A stretch of DNA of 64,000 nt, from positions 7,502,001-7,566,000 of the forward strand of contig NC_089429.1 in the NCBI RefSeq assembly GCF_026210795.1, in the 5' to 3' direction. The translations under genes and the position numbers were made by a program. The stretch comes from Rhizophagus irregularis. Lineage: Eukaryota. This document shows, piece by piece, positions 38,960 to 52,424 of the stretch. Under the pieces are notes generated by a model. The model worked only from the letters and a program-made list of their open reading frames with translations, was not told the DNA's origin and made no database searches. Every line of letters starts with the position of its first letter. The stretch's first letter is position 1.

Positions 38960-40010
38960 TTGGAATAGTTGGATTGAATAAGCTATTTTGAAAAACACTA
39001 AATATTATATATTTATAGACTTCAATACAACAATTAACAATGTATTGACTATAGTAAATTTATATAAATGGGCAAATTCTACCACAATATTAAATAATCA
39101 GGGCTAAACTTGGTAGTTATAGTCAGATATAAAGCAATTCTAAAACAGAGATCATGGAGCAGATAAAAACAAGCAGCCAATATACTAGTAGTAAATTGAG
39201 ATTGGAATTTGGAGACTACCACTCTATAGTTTGCTCAATTTCCTTGATGTCCTACAAGGCTACACTATGAGATAGTTGGATTGAATAAGCTATCTATAAT
39301 ATAGTCACTAGATATTATATTGACTATAGTAAATTTATATAGATGTGGCAAATTCTGCCACAATATTAAATAATCAAGACTGCTTGTTTTTTATTTTGTA
39401 AATTAAACTTGGCAGTTATGGTCAGATATAAAATAGAGATCATGGGCAGATGAAACAGTTCAGATGAATATATATGGATGTACTTTTTTCAACAAAATAT
39501 ACTTTAAGCTATTGATTAATCATTCGTGTGTAATTGATATTTGTAGATATTAAATAAGTCCAAGATCATTCACTATGGATTATTTTATTTCTAATCAAAA
39601 ATTGAAATAGCTGGTAAATTGAGATTGGGTTTTGGAGACTACTACTCGAAAGCTCACTCAATATCCTTCAGTTGATGTCCTACAAAACTATACTTATACA
39701 TATATATAATGTATCATTCCTAAGAGGAGGTGCAGATATCCCTACAATACCTTCTCTGGTCTACCAAACCACTAAAAAATTAAATAATATAGCAGTTAAA
39801 TCATGTACTGCAACTTATAATGCCAAAGGATATGTATGTATTATGGCATTAAATAATACAGTTAGGAATAAGAAGAAGAATAAATCACAGACTAGGCAGT
39901 TATAGCAGATATAGAAGCTTTCAAAAATAGAGATATTAATTAATAATTGAAATAGTGGTAAATTGAGATTGGGTTTTGGAGACTACTACTCAAAAGCTCA
40001 CTCAATACCT
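38960..40010. repeat. Degenerate mosaic duplication
   Basis: GTAAATTGAGATTGG...TTGGAGACTAC at ~39191, 39614 and 39958; ATAGTTGGATTGAATAAGCTAT at ~38966 and 39272. Confidence 0.75.
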
Positions 40011-40467
40011 CCGATATTCGACAAAATGAAATCTTTATAAGTAGAAATTGGTGAGAAACGGCCATTATTATTGGAGTATGCCAATTCATTGTCCCATTAT
40101 CAGAATCATTACCAAATTTGCTGATAAATCAATAAAATCAGCAATTTCTAAATTACTATTATTTATTACCACAAGAATATAGTTTTATCATCCAGTATAT
40201 AATTCTCAAAATTAAAATTATTATTAATACATTCTTTGAATTTAAATTAAGTATTATTAAGTATTTATATTATTATTTGAATATTATTTATCAATAGAGT
40301 ATATAAAAATTAATGGTAAAAATCATGAATACAAAAAACTGTAATTAAAAATGTACATTACACATTGTAATATCTAGTCATTTAACACATTGTATATATT
40401 TAAAATATTAATGCTTCAATAAATTTGAATAAATTTGAAAAATATATGTAAAAATACTTGTAAAAAT

Positions 40468-40673
40468 ACTAGGGAAACGGTAAATTAAACCGTTATGTAG
40501 TCCGGAGCTTATCAGTATATAGGTAGATAACCACATGCTCAATTAACCGATCGAGATAATTTCGTGTAATATAAGAACCAATTAAACGTCGACTCAAAGA
40601 ACAAGCGGACGGATATTTTGTACCACCACGGCTAGAACATATAGAGTCCTTCGCTACGCTCCGGACTAAAAAA
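40468..40673 (-). mobile_element. Short Helentron-associated (HINE/DINE-1-like) element
   Basis: Minus strand: T-run, subTIR TAGTCCGGAGC with partial inverted repeat GGACT, 3' subTIR GCTCCGGACTA, hairpin AACGGT-N7-ACCGTT, then CTAGT. Confidence 0.7.
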
Positions 40674-43600
40674 TATTGATATGGATTTGATATGGATTTG
40701 AGATATGGGATTTAGGTGAGTGGGATTGGGATTTTATCTCCGTCAATCACGCTTTTTGTGAAGTTAGATTAACATCTAATCTCAATTATAATCTCAATCA
40801 TGCATTTTCACTATAATTTAGACTATATTATAATATCACAAAATATTTTATAATAAAGTGCTTATGATCCTTAATAAAACATAATATAGTTTATTATCAT
40901 ATGCATAAGAAATAAAATGAGCAAATTAAATAAAATTATTCAAGATAAAGTTTACAATACAGCCAATAAGTTCATTTATGGGCTTTATTTCGTCTGTATT
41001 AATCAATCAAATTTAATTTACTCGTTAGTGCTATGTTAAATTTAAGTATGTAATGAAAATCAGCCAATATTATAAGAGAACATCATTGACTGAGTTCGTA
41101 AAAATTAAATTTCAAGGGTTGAATGGGTGCATAATAAAATAATTTTCTTTAATTCAAATACAAATATTTGATCAATAAATTTAATATCTGTTACTAATAT
41201 AAAATATAGTAGACACGTGATGTATTTTATGAGTCTGCCAAATTTCTTATACTTGTGGGAATACCGTCAGATATTGCAGTACAATTGAGATTTTTATAAG
41301 GTAAATAGTAGATTGTATATAGATTAATTTGGATCATATTATTAAACAATTAGTTTGATAATTCAATTAACCGAAAATAAACATCTCAAAACTAATGTAT
41401 GTACTATAACATCTTCAAAGAAAATCATATTTAAAAGCCAAAATTTATCTAACCTTAATTGAGTTTTCATAAAGATTCTTCGCATTATATTCGCATTATA
41501 GAATTTTAATTTACACTATAGAAAAAATATTTCTACTAAAATATTATGCCAAATTGGCAATTCAAGCTGTTATAATTTTAATAATTTGTAATAGAATTTA
41601 AAACTCGCTATGCTAATATAGATTTCCAGCAATTTTATGCTGAAAAATTCAATAGTACTATGAGCATGAATTACTTTTATTATTTATGTTCTCTCCATAT
41701 CAATATCATATCTAAATAGCGTAAAGTTTTCTTAAACTGAAGAACAAAATAAAAACATTTCTGTATGTTGTAAATATATAGTGTAATATGAAATTTTTAT
41801 ACATTTTAAGTAATATTCACTAATTGCGAATTTTACTGTCTCTTCCCGCTGCGCAACAAAAATATTTGGCTGAGAATTGACATTTTTACAATTGTAAAGT
41901 TAATATTAATTTATCCTTTATTGAGAATAAAATTATTAAAAAAAACACATATATACAGTATAAACAAGTTGTTAATTTTTTTATAATTTAAACTTGTATT
42001 TGCATTTTTTATTGTTCGTAATTAGCTTTTCGTAACTTTCTATTCTTTAAACAATTATCGCAAAAGCATTGTATATGGTTATATGTCCGACCTAACTCGT
42101 TTCTTTCGTGCATTATCATCAATATCATTCAATCATTTTTCTTCAGTTACCAGTCATTTTCCGGGAATGGATCCATTTTTACAGAGTTTTACAGAAATAA
42201 CGGACAAAATTTTTTATAGAGTTGGTTATTAAGAATTATATTTTCTTATCTCAGGCTCAACCCCATTCTGATAAAAAGGCAAAACCAAGACATACGATAT
42301 TTAAAGATAATATTACATTCTGATTGATCATAATTGTTTTTTAATTTCTTTAAAAAATTGATTACAGATGCTTATTATTTCTGGTTTAGAAATTTGGTAA
42401 TAAAAATTTAATAATTAAGTGTAGATTGAATTCACTTAAAATTCTAAAATTCTCAAATATTATCAAGATTAATGTAAAAAAAAAGAAGAAAATTAAAAAT
42501 TTATTTTTTTGCAGTTTAAAGTAATTTATGATAAAAAAAAAATGAATTTTAATTCTGAAAATTGTAATATTGGTTCAGGTATATATGATTATGTAGTTTT
42601 ATGAGCTCATTATTAAAAATAATATAAAATTAAATCTTCTATCAATAAAAAAAAGAGCTGGTTCGACAGCTTTCAGATAAAAAAAAAAATCACGTGACAA
42701 GTAATGATCATCACACCAATTTAATCATTCCCGGTTTCCCGGTACGCATTTTCACATTTTGTTTCAAAAAAAAGAAAATAATTTATATTTATTTGTAAAA
42801 AAGAATGGATATTAAATGTTGTGTAATGAAAAGAATGAAAGTAGTGTAACTCAAGTTAATATATATTTCAATATGTTTGTGATATAGAGTTTTGTGTTGC
42901 AGCCTGCAGGCTTCAGAAGGCTGTGCTGTGTACATGTGGCTTTTCATTATAATAACAAAACAAAAGCCAAAGATTAAAAAAATTCCGCAATGGCGAGCAT
43001 TAGTGATTATTAGCATTACGCCATTACTTAATATAGATATAATTCTACCCAAAACTGCAGAATTTTTTCTCGTGTCTTACTGGGCTTATTTGCTATTACA
43101 ATTCTCGGCTTGGTTATAAATAAAAACAAGCCACACGCATGTAGGACATAACACAGCTTTCAACAGTCTGTATCAATATTTGTAATACCATATTATAATT
43201 ATTATATGAACTTGATTGTAATCAAGATTTTGCAGCAAAGAGTTTAGACATATTGAATGAAATTTGTTTTCTATCTTTCTTTCAAATCAAATCATTCTTG
43301 ATTTAAGGACCGTTTTATATACATGATACAGTCAGTTAGACCTAAGTAAAGATGGGAAGCGATATATTTCAGTAGTTACTATAACAGAAAAAACAGCGCG
43401 AGCGATAGCTATAGAAAAATTTTATAAATTAGATTTATACTTTTATTTTAAAATGTATCTGTTAAATAGATTCAATTTTACTATATATACTATATATTTC
43501 AACCAATGCTCATCTTATAACCATTGGTGCTCTTTTATTTATTTATTTATTTTTTTTAACACCATTATGTAAAATTCATCATTTAAAGTAAAATTACTAT

Positions 43601-46149
43601 ACTATTTTCAGTTAAGATTGTAAACATTGTGCCGAACAATGTTAACAATGGTTTAAAATATATTTGGACAAGTCTGTGACAAATTTTATCAAAAATTTGA
43701 GATCTACAATCTAAACTTTGACAATTAAAGAATCTAATACTTTTAAAAATATCAATATAAGAAAATTCTTTTAAAGAATAGCATTATATGTTATGTAATT
43801 GATTTTATTACTCAGTGTAGATATCATAATTTCTGTAAAATTATTTATTACTAGCCGAATAATAAAATCTTATGAACTATATGAGAATCATAGTCCTATC
43901 AATATTCATTGCAATATTATTGGCCTTTCTTATAACAACAAAATAAATAAATTATAAATTTTCTACCATCGTCAACTTGTTACTAATAACTTGTCCACTT
44001 TGTGAAAGAATAGTCAAATTTTTATTAATCAAATAATCCAACTCTTTTACTACAGTACTTTCAGATCCTTTCCTTGCCATGATACTCTAAAACTCTTGAA
44101 CAAATTCTATTAATACTTTAAGGCTGCCAATCTTTTCAATTTTAACTCGTCGAAATAATCAATTGCAGCAAGTTGCATTGGCGGTTGAATGCAACTCTTC
44201 GGTTACAAATTCTTATATTTCACTCATAGATGGTTGTCGATTATTATCGTAATTGATCAAAAAAAGTTCATTTAACGAATTCTTCTATTATATAAATTAA
44301 TTTAATTCATAGAACCTATTAACAAATATAAAATGTTACATATATTTATTAACACACCCTTTTCTTTGATTTTTAAAATTTCTAACAAGTAATGAATAAC
44401 TTCGTTAAATTTGTTTCTATTGTCAATGAATGATTTGCGCATTTGTTTGAGGATTCCTTGGTGTATACATGATCTCCAGCTATCATTGCGATAAGTTCAT
44501 CACAACTGAAACTTAATAGTTTTCAACTGATAAGTTCCGAAATTAATCTTAAACGTTACAGAATTTCATGACACTTTTGAGTATCAAATTATAAATGTAT
44601 CAACAATCTTTACAGAAACATCACCACGGATCTACTCATTCTACTCATTCTAGTTCCAAACCTTTATTTGATTGTTGTAAAAATATAACGTAAAAAAAAA
44701 TAAAATTTTTTAAACAATCTTATATCTAAATAGATTTGCATTTAAAGAATTGAAAATGAAAGATTATTCCAGTATGCTAAGTACTTTTTATCATAATCTA
44801 AATCTATCTATATTTAAATATATGTCGTGAAAATTTTTTATCGCAGTACTATAATCAATTCATTTATTTTTCGACGCAGTGTGTTTTTCAAGTAATTATT
44901 TTTTTCGTTTTAAATTAAATTTCACTTGAATTTCTTGAATTTTTATTCTGCTGTGATCAAGTAGGCAGCTTAGCGTTAGCGACGTGATTTCATAATTTGG
45001 GCCAAAACTATGTCTCCGAATTTCCTTTTTCGGTTTGCAACAGGACGTAATAAAGATGTCTGTAAATTTGTTCTTGGCTTGTAAAAAAAACTTACCTTAC
45101 GAAAAGAACAGTAGGATCGTCGAATGCAAATTGAATGCAACTTATTATGGATAGTAAAATTTGATAAAAGTAATAAATTAATAAGAATCAAATAAAAAAG
45201 CAAATATGTTATGCATTTTAATAATTTAAATAAAACTAAATTTAAATGCATAAACATGTGTGAAGTATGACAATCTCATGATTTACAAAATTTACAATGA
45301 AATATTGTACAAAAAAAGTAATAAGTACGTTGGTTTACTTTCCCAAACGACTATTTATTAATAATTCAAGTGAAAATGTTACTTTATCGGAAATTCAAAT
45401 GCATATCGGCGTTTCAGAATTGGGAAATATTCCGTTTTTTATTTTCATATATATATATACACACATATTTCCTTTTTATTAAAATAAAAAAATCAAACTA
45501 AATTAAGGATGGTATCTTTTTCAAAGAAAATAATCTAATATGAACAAATTGAGATATATCTTCTTAAAAAAAAAACAGGTGAGGGGATTGATACTTTTTT
45601 AAAATAAAAAAAATTTTTTTGGAGATTTAATTTATATTATTACGAAATTTTGAAATTTGTTTTTTTTCTTTTACTTTTACTAACGTAAAGCTTTGAGTGA
45701 TCGGCCAGAATTATGTGTGGCGTAGTGCGTGTTACGTCATCAAGTAATGTAGTATAGAAAAACAGGTTCATTGGTCGATCCGAAGAAAGCGTCTAAAAGA
45801 TTTCTATTCAAAATTCTAGCTAGATTAATCAATCTACTTGGGTGGCTATGTTGCGAATATTGATCGGCCGTGTAACCACAAAATTTGATAAGTTATGTAA
45901 CTTAATTTATATTAGCATTTATAAACTTTTTCTAATTTCTGCGAAAATACTTTCTAACAAGACTGACTTACTTGTGATTTTATAAATTATTTAGAGGAAA
46001 AAACAAGACTTTTTTCAGGTTTTTTATAAAATTTTCGTGCATTAGATTATAAATATCAAAAAAAAAAAAAAAAATTACTAATTCTTTCTTTTTTGATAAC
46101 GTACAAATTTTTTTTTTATTTTTTTTATCAAATTAAATTTTTAAAAGCA

Positions 46150-46868
46150 ATGGTTTGGAGTCAACAAGAAATCCATACTTTAATTAAACTAAGACAAAAC
46201 ACAAATCAAGTAAATATTTTTTATTCTAATTTACTAATAAATAATAATAGAATAATAATAATGAACAAATATAATTATTATTTTTATATAGTTATACTGG
46301 AATATACTTGAACGTTTGAGACGTGCATATTGGAATAATATTGCAAACCGACTGAATAATATTTGTAATTCTAATTACGTGGGAAACCAATGTAAACGTA
46401 AATTTAATAATTTAGTTACTGTATATAAAGTAAGTTTATATATAAAACATTTAATTATTATATTATCGAATTATTATTAATGATAGATTTTTAATATTTC
46501 AGAATATAGACCGTTATGAAGCTAATGATCAAAGGAGAAAGAGAATTCAAGCATATAGAATATTTTTTAATGAACTTAAAACACGTTTCTGGGAAGGACC
46601 TCGTAAGAATGTAGAATTTTTTATTGAATAATAAATATATATAGTATTTTAATATCGTATTATTACTTTAGCTGATCAACATGATGTTGCAATGGATACG
46701 CCCACCATTACACAAAGAAGAAGAAACGTAAGAGCACGAAGTAAGTAAATTTTCTTAAAAAAAAAAAAAATTAATAATAATATTTATTTCTTAAAAATAA
46801 TTAAATTTTTTTCTTTTTTATTAGGAAGAAGAAAAGAAAGAAGAGGAAACAGTGAAAATAATAGATAG
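46150..46868 (+). CDS. 136-aa Myb/SANT-like (trihelix-type) DNA-binding protein, 5 exons
   Basis: Exons 46150-46209, 46292-46429, 46503-46602, 46672-46740 and 46825-46868, all with GT-AG introns and no stops. WSQQEIHTLIKLR...YWNNIANRLN...GNQCKRKFNNLV matches the trihelix/MADF pattern; Arg-rich basic tail. Confidence 0.88.
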
Positions 46869-47759
46869 TAATATGTCTATAAATCAAAGTATGGCGCTGT
46901 TTTTTTTTTAGAATTTTTAATTGTTTATATATAATATTGTATATTTGGCACTAAATTTTCTGATAATAAACAGGATATTTTTTAATTCTTATTATACCAC
47001 ATATGAAATAAATCATAAATATATATCATAGATCCAGAAATATATATATATATAAGGGTAAAGTGGCGAAAAATTTTTTAATTATGAGCTGTACGCAGTA
47101 CGCATAATTGATACTTGGATATTGAAAATCCTGCAAAAATATGCAAATAAAATTTCAGACATTAAGTTATAAATTATTTTATCATGACTTCTATATTATT
47201 TATAAAACCAAATACTAATGTGAAAAAAATAGAATTTATTCTAATTTACCATTTTTTTTTCAATAATATTTTTCTAAAATTTCACTTTTTAACCCTTAGA
47301 AATTTCTTTCGGTTAACGTATAATAAATATATTATATATATATATATATATAATTTTTTACATATAAAAATTTTGATAAAAAAATGATGACCTAACTATG
47401 GATGAAAAATTCTTAAATTGTACGCAAATCAAAACTTTACTCCGTCTAATTCCAATATGATGGCGTCATGGCGACACAATCCGACGCATCTGTTTACCCT
47501 ACCCCTGTAATTATATTTCTGGGTATCATTTAATTCTTCCTTATGGTTAAGTGATATACAATACTACTGACGATATTCCTTCGAAATTTATTTTACATAA
47601 AATTAAAAATAAAAATAAAATAAATTCCTTCAAAATTTATAGTTTCTACCATCCAATATATTAATCTAACAAGTGAATATGAATAGACCTTTTTTTCTAA
47701 AAAAAAAATAACCTTTATTAATAATATTAGACGTTGCTAGAACATCCGTTAAATAAAGT

Positions 47760-48650
47760 ATTATGAATAAACCTTTAATTGCATATAAAGTATATAAAGT
47801 ATAAAGTTTTAATTATATTATTTATTTCAAATTAGAATTTAATGTTATAATTTGTAGATGTACAATTTTAATTACAAGTACTATTTATTTTTTTAATTGT
47901 ATATAAAGTATAAAGTTTTAATTATATTATTTACTTCACCTCACCAGGAGTATATGTTATGCTTTCATTTTCCTAATATGATTCGGGGGATTTGCGGATT
48001 AACGATTATTGGAGCAGCGATTATTTTATATTTCCACCATAATGATAAAGGTGATCAACATCTTTAAATTGAACATCGGATCAACTGAATCTCATAATCC
48101 TTAACATTCATATGAAGTATGATCCGATGAAAATGAAATTGATTTCGTTGCAGTACTGTGGTGTACATTTTTAATAACAAGTACTATTTATTTTTTTAAT
48201 TGCATATAAAGTATAAAGTTTTAATTATATTACTATTTATTTCAAAATATCATATGTGCTATTCTATTTACGTATATGTTAGGCCTGATGCCTTCATTCT
48301 CCGAATATGATTCGGGGAAAGGATTTCCACCATAATCTTAGATGGGACTAAGCCACTAAGGGAGAATGTTCAATAGACAAAGGTGATCAACACCTTTAAA
48401 TTGAACATCGGATTATTCATATGAAGTAAGATCACATTCATATGAAGTATGATCCGATGAAAATGAGACAGATTCCATTGCGTTTGCCCTTCGAGCCGGG
48501 AATGATAATGTTGAGTAGGAATTGTCTTCCCATGAAATGGATTTTCCCATAAAATGAGACAGATTCCATTGCGGTTGCCCTTCGAGTCGAGCATGATAAT
48601 GTTGAGTAGGAATTGTCTTCCCATGAAATGGATTTTCCCATAAAAATGGA
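47760..48650. repeat. Local duplications including a 2 x ~89-bp tandem
   Basis: AAATGAGACAGATTCCATTGCG...GGATTTTCCCAT at ~48461 and ~48552; AAAGGTGATCAACA...GAACATCGGAT at ~48047 and ~48379. Confidence 0.8.
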
Positions 48651-48769
48651 AGACGAATTATATTCCATTTATTCGTCTCAGTCAAAGCCAATCTGAAGGC
48701 GCTGCACATATCGTACAATGACAGCCAAATCACTTTGGGAATTGCTCCAGAGATTCCGTAACAAATGGA

Positions 48770-49020
48770 CGAAGGAAAAGGGAAAAGATGAAAATGAAAG
48801 GGAAAGAGGAAAGCAAAGGGGAAAGGGGAAAGAGAAGGGAAAAGGGGGAAAGCGAAGGAAAAGGAGAAGCGAAGGGGAAAGGGGAAAACGAAGGGGAAAG
48901 GGGAAAACGAAGAGGAAAGACGAAAAAAGCGAAAGGGAAAGGGGAAAACGAAGGGGAAAGAGGAAAATGAAAGGGAAAAGGGGAAGCGAAAAGGAAAGGG
49001 AAAACAAAAAAGCGAAAGAT
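48770..49020 (+). repeat. Purine-rich low-complexity tract (GGGGAAA/GAAGGGG-like)
   Basis: Read directly. It accounts for the K/G/E-rich and F/P/S-rich ORFs at 48413-49106. Confidence 0.9.
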
Positions 49021-52000
49021 AGTCGGGTACTGAACTCTCTGCAACGGACAATGTCAGGTCGAACCCCGAAGCGTTGTATATTTATCGGTGTATAAGAAAA
49101 TAACAAAATTTTGTTTTAATAATTCTTTGTTATTAAGAACATAAATTTTTGATACGTAAATAATTATAGTATTTAGTAAATATAAGAATTTGACGAAAAA
49201 AGTTTGTAGAAGTAATAAAAAAATTTTTTTTTTATATTAATAAAAATTTTATCAGAAGAGAAAAGAAATATTGGCACATATTTATTAAATAATATTACAA
49301 TTAATTACTAAATTTGGGAACAAAAAACTTTTTGATTAATGATCCAAATAAAAACCTGATCTACCTGCATGAAACAACAAAGAATTTTTTTTTTTTTAAT
49401 GGGTCAACGATTATGCAACTAATTAAGCCATTTGCCCATAAATAGAAATGAGCTACGGATAAAATTTTCTGATCGTGCTAAATATGGTTCGTTTCAACAA
49501 CAGTGATTTTTATTTTAAGCCTAGTGGCGTAGTAATAATAAATATTGTTTTTTTAAATAAAACATAATAAATATTATTATATAAAAAGTTCATTTATTAC
49601 TTAAAAAAGAATGAAAAACAGGGATGTATCCGGATTTTCAAATCCGAGTGTTACCAGGTTAAAATTTAATTTTAATTTATCAAATTATTATTATTTTGAA
49701 AAAAAAAAATTAGTCATACATAATACATTTGCTTTTTGTCAATTTTTTATTTTTGGAAAATTAATTCCACTTTTGTAGTTAATTCCACTTTTGTAGGAAT
49801 TTCAAAAGTTAATCGTTCCCAATTTTAAACGAAGAATTCGACGAAAGAAAATTAAAATAAATTTTAATGTTACAAATTATAATAACAATAATAACAAATT
49901 TACAATAACAATAATAACAAATTTATAATAACAATAATAACAAAGACAATCGCAAACCTTTCTTTCAAAAAATTACATATTATGTACGCGAGTTTTCTCC
50001 CAAAAAATCACAAGGGGACCCTTACACTTGAGACAATTACAGACGATTACGCACAATCATAAAAGGAGGTAATCATTAGACGATTATGCACAATTACGAA
50101 AGGACGTAATGATAGAATTTTCTTTCTTTCAAAGAATTACGTCAGACGATTACGTACAATCACAAAAGGACGTAATGACAGAACTTTCTTTCTTTCAAAG
50201 AATTACGTAATATTATATATGTAACACGCGTAAATATTTTTATTTTACGAACGCGCGAGTGTTTTCTTATAAAAAGGCTCTGAAATTTCAAGCAAAAACC
50301 AAAAAATGCAAAAAATCAAGAAAAACAAAAATTTAGAAAACTCAATTATATTACAAAAATCTCAAAATTATATTCACTTATATTATAAAAATTTCAAATT
50401 ATATACTCATGTCCTATTTACTACACTTATTATTATTACACTCATTTAAACATCACCACAAAATCTCCTTTTCCTCCTTTTACAACATTAATCTCGCCAC
50501 TCTTTTATTGTTGCTTTCTTTAAAATCTCGAAATATTTTAATTTTTGAAAAGAAATTCACTGAAATATTTTCAAAAAATTTTTCAGAGTTGATTTCTCCA
50601 CTCTCCAATAATATCGGGGGAAACCAATTTCTAATGATTGATGATAGCCTATTGAAAATGTAGACATTTAAAGATTATTCTGGGCTTTGAAGAGCGCAGA
50701 ATAATTAGATTATACAGAGGCTCAAAACCGATTTACAAAAGTGCTTCCACAAAGTCCTTCTTGTGGAAGAGGCCGACTAAAAAGTGCAATAAATAAAAAG
50801 TTTAAAAAATTCCAATTGTTTAAATACTTTAAGAATTATTATATTTATAATTTAGATAAAATTCTTCATATTTAATTAATATTAATTGCTCTTATCGCTT
50901 CGAATGAGCTGGAACTTAATTATTAATTAATTATTGTTCATTCATTCATGACTTATTATATATTGATAGTTTAGAATATATATTGTTATTACTTAAAAGT
51001 AATTTAAATTTTGTTTATTCATTCATGACTTAAAATTTAATAATAAAATTATTATTTTTTTTTTTGATAAATACTTTTTCGTTTTAATGATAATTTTGTC
51101 TCATTATCACCAGTAAATAAAATCTCATTATATAATACGTCCAATATAAATAATATATTGTAAAATTTTGCCCCCCAAAAATTAGAGTAAATTGCATATA
51201 TTGATAAAATAAAATATGAAGATCATCCCTTTTTTTTTTAATTCTGGGCAAGATTATTAATAATGATGCAGATCAAAAAAAATCTTAATGCAGCCCGGAT
51301 TGTTAAATTTTCTATTACCTTTTTGGGTTTTTAACGACGAAAGGTAAAGAGATTCCATATGTTTATTATAGGCTTCTAAAAAGGAATTATACAAACCATA
51401 AAAAGAAAACAAGAGGATCGTCATAATCGTATGATATGCAACTTATAGAATAATGAAATTCTACAAAAAGACAAAGAATAAGGGTCAAAAAACCCATTTT
51501 TGTGTCGTTATTATAAAAATATATGAAATTTTTTTTTAAATCAATTTATAGAATCAGAAATAAACAATTATGTCATTTAAACTTAAACATGCCAAGAAAT
51601 CTATTTTATAGTTTTACAAAATTTTTTTTTTTCACTCAAAAGAAAGTTGTTGTCATGGGAACTTTTTAAAAAATCTTTTATTTTTATCGATTTTAGCTAG
51701 TTCGAAATTACAATCTATTGATAATTTTTTTCTTAAAGTGATTGTTAAAATCGAAAATTTCAATGAATGCATATTGGCGTTTTTCGGATTTAGTCATCCG
51801 TCATTCATCTTTTGTTGTTTAAATAAATATTTTTTTTTTTTTGTTAAAAAAAAAAATATTAGCCCAAATGAATCATATGACAAAAATGTATCATTTTTTT
51901 CTCTTTTTCTCAAAAGAAAAAATATTGCTGATTTTTTAAAAAAAAAAGAATTTCAGAAGTTGTATCGCGGAATTCCGGAATTTTTTTAATTTTTTTCAAT

Positions 52001-52424
52001 AAAAATTTTACGTATACTTTTGTATGTCATAAAAGATCCACATATGCAAATGTCACTGGCCAACTAAATATCGATCGTACTCCAATAAATCCCAAAATAG
52101 TATACATCATTATTTTTTAATACGTCTTTCAAAATAAAAGGCTATCAACGTTTTCTATTCTAAGAAGATAAAAAGAAAAAATCACATGCATTACATGAAT
52201 AATACGAATAATTACAATAAGTTCGCAGTATAATTCTGGTATTTTAAAAAAGAAATATATATAATTTTTATATTTTTAATATATTCATTGTATTAACTCG
52301 GAATTGCATTCATATCCCCTATTTCACATTTTGGTTTGTTTGAGCATTATAAGATAATTTATATTTTTTACACACATCTTTTCTTATACGCTATTCACTC
52401 AGATATACATATTGGACTTATCTA

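Noticed and set aside
42050..44650. Coding-like minus-strand patches at ~42050-42370 and ~43900-44650
   Set aside because: Too disrupted to assign a family or a gene model by eye.
47055..47500. Possible Harbinger MITE (AGGGTAAA/TTTACCCT) beside the Myb/SANT gene
   Set aside because: Only an 8-bp inverted match, no convincing TSD, and it does not enclose the gene.
48370..49106. Several 60-212 aa ORFs (K/G/E-rich or F/P/S-rich)
   Set aside because: They arise from a purine-rich low-complexity tract and short tandem repeats. The same applies to 35616-35835.
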